From: a virus
Lineage: Duplodnaviria > Caudoviricetes
IMG/VR virus record: IMGVR_UViG_3300021373_000811
Location: 1 to 26,602 of that record
DNA length: 26,602 nt
Direction: 5' to 3' (one strand)
The position numbers and the translations under genes were made by a program. Shown here in pieces: positions 17,950 to 24,972 of the stretch; position 1 is the stretch's first letter; every line of letters starts with the position of its first letter. The notes under the pieces are model-generated. The model was not told the DNA's origin, ran no database searches, and was given only the letters and a program-made list of their open reading frames with translations.

Positions 17950-19170
17950 TTATCTACGGGCGGAATCCCACCCCTTTAATATATCAGATGAAAAGTTGTT
18001 GTATGAAAATTCCATACGGTCAACCAGTTTCACCGCATCACCACCAAGCGTGTCAATCGCAACATAACCTTCCTCACCTGTCACTTTGTAACCATTAGAG
18101 GTTTTAACGAATGTCTCGATTGTTTTTAATTTGTCAAGACTATTTATAAGCTTTAATTTCGCAAGTACGATGGTCTTCTGTAGTTCGAAGATTTTTTCTA
18201 AACTGGCTCGGTTCTCAGGTGAGAAAAAGGCCATTTCATCCTTCATCTTTGCGGTCCACGTGTCCTTACCACGTTGAGATTTCTTACTTGCAATCTCTTT
18301 CTTATAGTAGGCTTGTCTGTTACTTATCAATCCATTAACGTGTCGTTTTGGGTCTGGTAGTAACGCACCCGCACGTACGAATGAATTGTTGTATGTTTCG
18401 ATTGCACCCGCGAACTTAGGGTTCGCTTCGAGTGTGCGCAATGTCGTACCGGATATCTGATTAAAAATTTTACCCGCAGTCGATAGAAGTGCAGTTACCG
18501 CATCAGTCTCTCGTTGAGTCATGGTTGCATTGGTTAGGTCTTTCAACATTGCGTCCTGTGACCATACGTTGCGTGACTTGCGGAAGGCCGCAACATCCAC
18601 GCCGTACGACGCTCTCATGTTTTCAAAAGAATCACCCGTGTAGGTTGTGTGCCAGACGATACCAATCTTGGCTGCACGTAAATCCGCAGCCTCTTTCCAA
18701 GGTACTGCATATGCGATCGTGTTCGGGTGAAACATGACATATCGTTGTCCATCTATTTTCTTACCGTACAAATCTTTACGACTGAACAGGAAGTCACCTT
18801 GAACAACACCCTTGATACCTAACTCAGGGAGATACTTCAGTGCGTCTTTCAGTTTTGCATTGAGGTCACCCTTGGTGTCCGCGTCGATGTCCGCGTCGGT
18901 CTTGTAGACCTTCGGGTTCTTGTTGAAGATACCTTTCTTCGCAACAAAGAATTTACCGTCACGTGGGTCAGTTCCCGCAAACACTGCAGGCGCACCATCC
19001 CATTTCACAGAGACATTACCCTTTGCAGTACCGGCCAACATGTCACGCAGACCACGCAGTGCGTTAATCGCCTCGCGTGTCCCATTGACTCCACCGTAAA
19101 GAACCTTGTCCTCGATGTGGGTCATGTGAGTGTTCTTCTGTTCTGTTATGAATTCACCAAACTTTTCCAT
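17950..19170 (-). CDS. Covalent nucleotidyltransferase (RNA/DNA ligase-like) fold protein
   Basis: SVKWDGAP (motif I KxDG), VQGDFLF (III-like), EEGYV (IV), AVKLV (V); MEKFGEFITE start. Confidence 0.65.
   Translation of the reverse strand: MEKFGEFITEQKNTHMTHIEDKVLYGGVNGTREAINALRGLRDMLAGTAKGNVSVKWDGAPAVFAGTDPRDGKFFVAKKGIFNKNPKVYKTDADIDADTKGDLNAKLKDALKYLPELGIKGVVQGDFLFSRKDLYGKKIDGQRYVMFHPNTIAYAVPWKEAADLRAAKIGIVWHTTYTGDSFENMRASYGVDVAAFRKSRNVWSQDAMLKDLTNATMTQRETDAVTALLSTAGKIFNQISGTTLRTLEANPKFAGAIETYNNSFVRAGALLPDPKRHVNGLISNRQAYYKKEIASKKSQRGKDTWTAKMKDEMAFFSPENRASLEKIFELQKTIVLAKLKLINSLDKLKTIETFVKTSNGYKVTGEEGYVAIDTLGGDAVKLVDRMEFSYNNFSSDILKGWDSARR
18141..18148 (-). promoter_or_regulatory. Possible intragenic T4-type late promoter TATAAATA
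   Basis: Exact consensus about 220 nt upstream of the gene starting at 17919. It lies within a CDS, so it could be chance. Confidence 0.5.
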
Positions 19171-20449
19171 TAGTATACCTTACAGTATGGACCGGAGAGT
19201 CTTGACTCCGACCCTGCATAGTTAACGAGCCCAGAGGTAAACGCATTCTTTTGCGCCTCAGTACCATTCTCAACAATGGCGAACAACTGGACAGTCATAA
19301 TTTTAGATAGGTACCAGTTCTGGTCCTTACCTTTTAATTCTGTTAAAAAATCGACTTTTGTCATATCGTCTGTATATGGTACTTTTTTATACCACTCATA
19401 AAACTGTTCTTCGTTCTCGGAAGTTCTTCCCTTAACAATCGTTGAGGTATCATATCAACATCAAACACGTCCTTTACAATGTTTGCGACTGGGCCGCCGG
19501 ATACCTTACCCATGTTTGCGAACTGACCCTTTAGTTCTCCCTGCCATGTTGAACCGAACTTACGGAACTGAATCTTCTGTCCTGCAAAGTAAATGTAACC
19601 ATCCTGAGACAACCAGAAACCACGTAGACCTAGAGTGCTTGACTCGAACTTATATTCCTTACGTGCACTGGTCATATTCAACTCACCGAAACGTGCGGTT
19701 GGTGTCTGTATCTGTTTCAGAGACACACCAATAATATCTTTGGCATCGTACTGTTCTACTAGGAGTTGATTGAGTTCTATGAGTGAATTTGTTTGTGTTA
19801 GGTCAACACGTGCACCCGCAGTAGACACTAACCAGATATCCGCAGGGGACCACTTGTTGATATCACCGAATGGTTTCCCTGCAGCGACATTCAAGGTCTT
19901 CCAGTGACTCTCTAATCCGGTGACCCAACTACTACCACGATGGCATACGTAGTTCTTCATACTGTTAGAGAATTTCTCAGCCAGTTTATCCGCACCTTTT
20001 TTACTTGAGACAATCCATTTCTCTGGTAATTTCGTTTTGATGTTGTCTAGTCTCTCCGTGACATCGTACTTACTTTTTGCCGCATCCATATTCGCTGCAG
20101 TGTACACTCCTTTTTGATTGTACTTAACTGCAAGGTAAACACATTGCGCAGATTCAACAAGAGCAGTCAAATCAGACCCCGCACCGGAACCGCCACCACC
20201 TTTATGTTTGCATTCGATGTAGTAGGAACCAGAACACTCGACTCTGCCGATAGAGGATTGACCGCCTTTGTCGTTGTACTTTGCACTATAGTCACTTAAT
20301 ACATCCGCTGCCTTGAGTAGCGCATCCACACGGTCTGCACCCTTTGGTAGTTGTATTATGACCGTCCTGCTGGTCTTCCCATCTACCACCTCGAAGTTGG
20401 CAAATTGAAGTTCGACCTTCAGAGTGTCTCTGTCTTTTGGCTGCGCCAC
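19170..20449 (-). pseudogene. PD-(D/E)XK nuclease-like gene split by a frameshift into 19361-20449 and 19170-19364
   Basis: LVESAQ, KWSPADIWLV, IIGVSLK motifs. The frame of the downstream ORF is open about 30 codons upstream of its ATG and reads KGRTSENEEQFYEWYKKVPYTDDM. GTG start with GAGGA RBS. Could be a real lesion, an assembly error, recoding or two true genes. Confidence 0.6.
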
Positions 20450-20473
20450 TTAGTATCCTCTTACTCATCATTG

Positions 20474-20501
20474 AGTATAACAGATACTATTTATATGTCA
20501 A
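20474..20501 (-). promoter_or_regulatory. Composite promoter: sigma70-type with nested T4 late promoter
   Basis: TTGACA (20501-20496), TATAAATA (20495-20488), TGT-TATACT (20482-20474); 16-nt spacer. Confidence 0.75.
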
Positions 20502-21171
20502 GGGCGTTATGAGAGTTTTCTTCGTTGTACTGCGCAATTGTCTCACGTAGTGGACGTACCCAATTGTCACGATGTTCAATGAAGATTTGTGGTTCGTGGT
20601 TGTCAACCGAAATGATTGTAACCAGTTGAGTGATTGGTTGACCCGTACGTTCTTCCCACATGATTGCGTAGGCGGACTCTTGCATGAAATAATTCTTAAT
20701 CCAATCGAGCCGTTTAGGTTTCATGGAAGTCTTGAAATCAATGATAGAAGGACGACCATCGAACTCAGCAACGCAATCGACGCGACCAGCCACTCCCAAG
20801 TGGTTTGAGTAGAGAGGGGCCTCCTGTGCATATACTCGACCGATACGGCTATCCAAAATGGGCTTAAGATCAATAAAGCTACTAATAATGTCTGGAGTGT
20901 ATCCATCTTTGAAGTTCTCTTCATTGTTGATGTACTTCTCAACGATGGCGTGTACTGCGGTTCCCCGTGTTGATGCACGGTGAGAAATACGGTTCGCTTC
21001 TTCGTGTCCTACGCGGGCCCGCCACTTGGCGATAGACTCTCGCGATAGGATAGAAAGTACAGTAGTAATAGAAGGAAGGTTGATACCTTCCGGTGTTTTG
21101 TACTCACGGCGACCGTTATGGTTCTCCGTTTTCATTTCCGTCAACTCGACGGGGACATGTTCAAATATCAT
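20491..21171 (-). CDS. PD-(D/E)XK exonuclease (lambda-exo/RecB/Cas4-like phage family)
   Basis: PSITTVL, RGTAVH, QEAPLYS, AGRVDCVA, IIDFKTS, QESAYA. Confidence 0.88.
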   Translation of the reverse strand: MIFEHVPVELTEMKTENHNGRREYKTPEGINLPSITTVLSILSRESIAKWRARVGHEEANRISHRASTRGTAVHAIVEKYINNEENFKDGYTPDIISSFIDLKPILDSRIGRVYAQEAPLYSNHLGVAGRVDCVAEFDGRPSIIDFKTSMKPKRLDWIKNYFMQESAYAIMWEERTGQPITQLVTIISVDNHEPQIFIEHRDNWVRPLRETIAQYNEENSHNALDI

Positions 21172-21311
21172 TACAAATCGTCTAAATCAATTACAGGGTT
21201 AATATTCTCAAGTGCCTTCAGTTCATGTCGAACAATCACCCAAAGGAAAACCCAAGAAACCGAAGTGAGTATACCCACTGCGGCAAAAAAGTATAATAGG
21301 AATTCTACCAT
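21171..21311 (-). CDS. Small single-pass membrane protein (46 aa)
   Basis: Not in ORF track. MVEFLLYFFAAVGILTSVSWVFLWVIVRHELKALENINPVIDLDDL; TAATG coupling to the exonuclease gene. Confidence 0.6.
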   Translation of the reverse strand: MVEFLLYFFAAVGILTSVSWVFLWVIVRHELKALENINPVIDLDDL

Positions 21312-21330
21312 AATATTTCTCACTTGTCAA
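21302..21330 (-). promoter_or_regulatory. Near-consensus sigma70-type promoter
   Basis: TTGACA (21330-21325), 17-nt spacer ending TGG, TAGAAT (21307-21302). Confidence 0.75.
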
Positions 21331-21343
21331 TAGCAAAACAAAA

Positions 21344-21533
21344 GATTCCTCATGGATGCGGGGCCCGAAGGGTACTGTTATGTTTACTAGACTCTATAAC
21401 TTGTCGTGACTTTCTGTCACTCACCGTCCGCGGCATAAGGTGGACATGCGCGTAGTTGAGAGATTCTACGGTTTACAAATTATCGCGTTTGCGTCGTCTT
21501 AGTAGTACCGGCCCCGCATCCCATGAGGAAATC
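21344..21533 (-). ncRNA. 190-nt structured non-coding RNA of unknown family
   Basis: 22-bp closing stem with two 1-nt bulges, three further nested helices and a three-hairpin apical junction. Begins 7 nt after the tRNA-Ala CCA and is followed by TTTTGTTTTG. Confidence 0.82.
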
Positions 21534-21540
21534 GTTAAAA

Positions 21541-21616
21541 TGGTGGAGCGAGAGGGAATCGAACCCACGACCTTCTGGATGCAAACCAGACGCTCTCCCT
21601 ACTGAGCTACCGCCCC
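21541..21616 (-). tRNA. tRNA-Ala(UGC)
   Basis: 76-nt cloverleaf, anticodon arm TCTGG-TTTGCAT-CCAGA, G3:U70, encoded CCA. Confidence 0.96.
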
Positions 21617-21624
21617 ATTAAACC

Positions 21625-21632
21625 TATTTATA
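21625..21632 (-). promoter_or_regulatory. T4-type late promoter TATAAATA upstream of tRNA-Ala and the ncRNA
   Basis: Exact consensus in the spacer between tRNA-Gly and tRNA-Ala. Confidence 0.75.
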
Positions 21633-21643
21633 CTATTTTAAAT

Positions 21644-21719
21644 TGGAGCGGATTACTGGGTTCGAACCAGCGACCTAAACCTTGGCAAGGTTTCGCTCTA
21701 CCAACTGAGCTAAATCCGC
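21644..21719 (-). tRNA. tRNA-Gly(GCC)
   Basis: 76 nt, AAACC-TTGCCAA-GGTTT, U73, CCA. Confidence 0.96.
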
Positions 21720-21726
21720 TAATCAA

Positions 21727-23127
21727 TTAATCACATCCAAGTTCTTGACGTGACACCTCATCATTATTGATGGGACAGTTGCCACTGGGTAGAGACTCAG
21801 GGACATATCGCATCAAGTTAGGGTCACGCAAACTGTTCTCAAGAAACAATACTAGGCTTGCGATTTCGTCTTCGGTCAAGTCAAGAGGGGTAAATCGGTA
21901 ATCTACTTGATGTAAGTCTACGTCTGGATGCTGAGGTACCGCATCAACTTTGTAACGAACTACATCTTCTAGTGAACTAAACGATGCACCATGACCAAAC
22001 ACTTCTGTATCTATAAGATTGTAAAGTGGCGGTACTTTGAACTTGTACTTATCCATGTCATCGCCCGTGAATCCACCACGACCTTCACGTGTCGCATCGT
22101 TGACCTCACCAATTGTATCTTCCCAGATATCAAGGTCATGGAATCCAACCGTCATAAACACATCATCCGCAAGAGCACCTGTAGGTGAAGATAGTGCGGG
22201 CCCAGTGTGGCACGAGTTACAGTTACCCTTACCAAAGAACACCTTTGCACCTTCAATCTCTTCGATTGTCATCGCGTCGTCGTTACCTCGCAAGAAATCT
22301 TGGAATGGTGCCTCGTTTGCAAGAACAGTGCGTTCGTACGCGGCAATTGCGAGTGCGGCTGCTTCCAACATGTCGTCTGGTTCTGCGACACCATACGCGT
22401 CCTCAAACATCTGTCGATACGTCTCGTTGGTGCGTAGTAGTGAGTCTGGACTATTCGTTCCCATACGGTGCACACCAAGACCTGCGACTGCCTGCGTCTC
22501 TAGTCCGGACAGGTTACGTAGGTTTGCTTCCTTCGGTGTACCTTCTGTGAAGTGACGGTCGGGGTCGATACCAATGTTCACAATACCACCCACTTCATTA
22601 CCGAACTGACCATTCCAAAGCATCACTTCTTGGAATGCGGTATTCAGTACTGTAGGGGATGTTACTGGTTGTACATCAACGTCTGCAAGGTCTACACCTT
22701 CCATGACCATGCGATGGTCAAATCCAATACCACCCTCACCGATACCCTGACGGATACCAGACTTGAATCCATTCTGTGCATTGTGACAAGATGCACACGA
22801 GAACGTACCTTCACTGGAAGAGAGTTCACCTTCGGTGATACCAGTCTCGTGATAGATTAACTTACCCAGTGCGACCTTCTCTGCGGTAATAGGATTACTT
22901 GGGTCTTGGGGGATGTTATCGAAGTCATCACTATCGGGTAGGATGAAGTCTTCGGGCGTACCCATCAACTCAAACAATTCGTCCTTTGCGACCGTCTTGG
23001 GGTCAGGCGCTGGTGTGGTTACAGGTGTAGACGTAACGGGTTCCACGGGTACAGGTGATTCCGCCCCTCCCCCGCTACATGCGGAAATAACTAGAGTAGA
23101 TGCTAGTGTCATCGTCAACTTGTTCAT
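21727..23127 (-). CDS. Di-haem cytochrome c peroxidase/MauG-superfamily lipoprotein
   Basis: Lipobox ISA-C; NPITAEKVALGKLIY; two haem c motifs CASCH and CNSCH; LWNG; FKVPPLYNL. Confidence 0.9.
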   Translation of the reverse strand: MNKLTMTLASTLVISACSGGGAESPVPVEPVTSTPVTTPAPDPKTVAKDELFELMGTPEDFILPDSDDFDNIPQDPSNPITAEKVALGKLIYHETGITEGELSSSEGTFSCASCHNAQNGFKSGIRQGIGEGGIGFDHRMVMEGVDLADVDVQPVTSPTVLNTAFQEVMLWNGQFGNEVGGIVNIGIDPDRHFTEGTPKEANLRNLSGLETQAVAGLGVHRMGTNSPDSLLRTNETYRQMFEDAYGVAEPDDMLEAAALAIAAYERTVLANEAPFQDFLRGNDDAMTIEEIEGAKVFFGKGNCNSCHTGPALSSPTGALADDVFMTVGFHDLDIWEDTIGEVNDATREGRGGFTGDDMDKYKFKVPPLYNLIDTEVFGHGASFSSLEDVVRYKVDAVPQHPDVDLHQVDYRFTPLDLTEDEIASLVLFLENSLRDPNLMRYVPESLPSGNCPINNDEVSRQELGCD

Positions 23128-23150
23128 AATATACTCTCAACTGTGTGTAT

Positions 23151-23238
23151 TGGCGGAGAGTGTAGGATTCGAACCTACGGAACCTTCCGGTTCAACGGTT
23201 TTCAAGACCGCCGCTTTCGACCACTCAGCCAACTCTCC
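23151..23238 (-). tRNA. tRNA-Ser(UGA)
   Basis: 88 nt, long variable arm, GCGGT-CTTGAAA-ACCGT, G73, CCA. Confidence 0.96.
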
Positions 23239-23252
23239 ATGTGTTACTGCAT

Positions 23253-23281
23253 ACTATACACGAGTCCACCACTCGTGTCAA
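23253..23281 (-). promoter_or_regulatory. Sigma70-type promoter with palindromic spacer
   Basis: TTGACA (23281-23276), 17 nt, TATAGT (23258-23253); ACACGAGT-N5-ACTCGTGT spans the spacer. Confidence 0.75.
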
Positions 23282-23289
23282 GAACTTTT

Positions 23290-23733
23290 TTATGCCTTAT
23301 AAGATTTTTTTGCAACACGGTCCCACTCTTGTGGTGTTACATCATTCAGACGTGGGGCGTTAGTATCCACCATGTCCCATCTATCTTGCGTGTTATAGTA
23401 CACGTTACGAGTAGGTTGTGTGTATGATGCCTGCACGGATACAGGGGCATCGTCCAAGTGTATTTCATCCAACGGTTCAAGTTCAAGTTGTTGCGATTCT
23501 GCCTTCCGATAGGTTTCAGTAACCTTTTCAAAAGAAGACCATGCGTTCTCAAACTTAACCTTGTAGAGAGACTCTAACCCGATTAGTAGGTTAGCCATTT
23601 CGTCATTCGCCTCTGCACTCAAACCGGCAAACTTAGGATGGTCACATAGATACTTCGTCAACATCTTGATATCATCCACCACTCCCCAACATTCCATGAA
23701 CTCTTGTTCAAGGTCAAACAATGGGTCACTCAT
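23290..23733 (-). CDS. Hypothetical protein
   Basis: 147 aa, acidic helical N-terminal half; ATGA overlap with the upstream gene. Confidence 0.7.
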   Translation of the reverse strand: MSDPLFDLEQEFMECWGVVDDIKMLTKYLCDHPKFAGLSAEANDEMANLLIGLESLYKVKFENAWSSFEKVTETYRKAESQQLELEPLDEIHLDDAPVSVQASYTQPTRNVYYNTQDRWDMVDTNAPRLNDVTPQEWDRVAKKSYKA

Positions 23734-24398
23734 AAATTTTCATCCCACGACTTCTGTATCACGTCTCTGTAATCTCTATAACCGTCCCGCAACGTTGAGT
23801 GGCCAGGAATGGTCAATGTGAGATTTGGATACATCACGTATCCGTTTTTCCCGTTGTGTATAATGAAGTCGTTGAGTATATTATCACAACAGGCATCCGG
23901 ATGAGCCCTTCCCATCCGGTCAATGTAAAACAATGCGTATTGTCGCAACGCCTTCGCAGAGATGCAGTAAGACATTGCACTGGTAAATTTATTGACCTTG
24001 TAGATGTTGCCCTGCACATGTTCTAGTTTTTCTAGTGGACGACCACCAAGGTATAGTATGTCCCAATCATCGGGAACGTTATCAAGGGCCTCTTGTAACA
24101 TTCGATGACTGTTCTCATCAAAGTGCACGTCATCCTCAAAGATTGCGATACCGTTCTCGACCTCGGTGAACGATGCGGCCACCAACGCTTTGAGTTGACT
24201 GAGAACAACACCAAACTCACCCTTGTATCGATAATTGGTAGCCCGATACTCTTCATAAGGTTTGTCTGCAAAACACCAGAAGACCTTTTCATATATGCCT
24301 AGGTCCCTAAAGGTTTTGCTCATGACTTCTTTGCGGTCAAAGTCATGCGGTAGGTTAATGCAGAATATCTTATCGAAATAGTCAAATGGATTCATCAT
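23730..24398 (-). CDS. Glycosyltransferase family 25-like protein
   Basis: FCINLPHDFDRK, IFEDDVHF, DWDILYLG motifs. Confidence 0.8.
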   Translation of the reverse strand: MMNPFDYFDKIFCINLPHDFDRKEVMSKTFRDLGIYEKVFWCFADKPYEEYRATNYRYKGEFGVVLSQLKALVAASFTEVENGIAIFEDDVHFDENSHRMLQEALDNVPDDWDILYLGGRPLEKLEHVQGNIYKVNKFTSAMSYCISAKALRQYALFYIDRMGRAHPDACCDNILNDFIIHNGKNGYVMYPNLTLTIPGHSTLRDGYRDYRDVIQKSWDENL

Positions 24399-24404
24399 GT
24401 TTCC

Positions 24405-24431
24405 AAAATAAAGGGGGAGCGGACTCCCCCT
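24405..24431 (-). terminator. Intrinsic terminator
   Basis: AGGGGGAG-TCCG-CTCCCCCT followed by TTATTTT. Confidence 0.82.
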
Positions 24432-24449
24432 GCCGTCTTCTGGGCACCA

Positions 24450-24487
24450 CTGATTCAGTTATTTGGATAGGGGAATCAGACCCTATC
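24450..24487 (-). other. Predicted H-type RNA pseudoknot (38 nt)
   Basis: P1 GATAGGG/CCCTATC (7 bp), P2 CTGATTC/GAATCAG (7 bp), L1 1 nt, L3 CAAATAACT. Confidence 0.72.
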
Positions 24488-24644
24488 GTTTCCTTGCGGT
24501 AATATCCGCAAACGAGAGACCAGAGTATTTAGATGCACTGGAGCTCTGGTTGTAGTACCAACGTTCTCTCGCTCCGTACTCTGTCAATGAGTAGGTCAAT
24601 CCTACCTGAATACCTTTGTAGAAGATTGTCCATTCGTGTATCAT
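24483..24644 (-). CDS. Small hypothetical protein (53 aa)
   Basis: Not in ORF track. MIHEWTIFYKGIQVGLTYSLTEYGARERWYYNQSSSASKYSGLSFADITARKR, with an AAGGA RBS right after tRNA-Pro. Confidence 0.7.
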   Translation of the reverse strand: MIHEWTIFYKGIQVGLTYSLTEYGARERWYYNQSSSASKYSGLSFADITARKR

Positions 24645-24657
24645 AACATTTCCTTAT

Positions 24658-24734
24658 TGGTCGGAGATGTAGGATTCGAACCTACGACCCCCGCATCCCA
24701 AATGCGGTGCGCTACCAGACTGCGCCAATCTCCG
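24658..24734 (-). tRNA. tRNA-Pro(UGG)
   Basis: 77 nt, CCGCA-TTTGGGA-TGCGG, C1:G72, CCA. Confidence 0.96.
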
Positions 24735-24944
24735 TTAACTCTTAGAAACGAACTCGTTGATGACCTTGGCTCGGTTCATCACATCCTGCATACTAGGGTA
24801 TTCAGGATACTCAGGTACTTGGTCCATTGTTGGAGCAACCTCAATGAGAGAGTCACGTTTTTCTTTCTGAGCCCAGTACTCATCGACTAGGGTTTGTTTC
24901 GCTGTTTCAAAGATTTGGAACCGAAGTTCATATGGTGTAGACAT
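24735..24944 (-). CDS. Hypothetical protein (69 aa)
   Basis: Preferred start is the ATG at 24944 (MSTPYELRFQIF) after a strong AAGGAG RBS. Confidence 0.75.
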   Translation of the reverse strand: MSTPYELRFQIFETAKQTLVDEYWAQKEKRDSLIEVAPTMDQVPEYPEYPSMQDVMNRAKVINEFVSKS

Positions 24945-24972
24945 AATAAGTCTCCTTAGTTGTGTGTGTAAG

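Noticed and set aside
20491-21171. Cas4 / CRISPR system
   Set aside because: The protein lacks the four Fe-S cysteines of Cas4, and no repeat-spacer array or other cas gene is visible. It is an ordinary phage exonuclease.
21512-21523. 12-nt identity TGGGATGCGGGG between the ncRNA 5' arm and the tRNA-Pro anticodon arm
   Set aside because: A 12-mer match is expected by chance somewhere in a 26.6 kb window, and the segment is buried in a stable stem. Worth revisiting only if it covaries in homologues.
21344-21533. tRNA, tmRNA or MITE as the identity of the 190-nt element
   Set aside because: No T-loop or CCA end and no tag ORF. The nested internal helices go far beyond terminal inverted repeats, and no second copy was seen.
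24450-24487. preQ1-I riboswitch or HDV-like (theta) ribozyme
   Set aside because: GGGTC...CCCC and the A-rich L3 look superficially preQ1-like, but the loop is fully consumed by a 7-bp P2. There is no P3/L3 for an HDV fold, and the element is not at a tRNA 3' end.
24958-24970. CA dinucleotide run ACACACACA upstream of an RBS (similar run near 23143-23149)
   Set aside because: Too short for a microsatellite; most simply an unstructured translation-enhancing leader.
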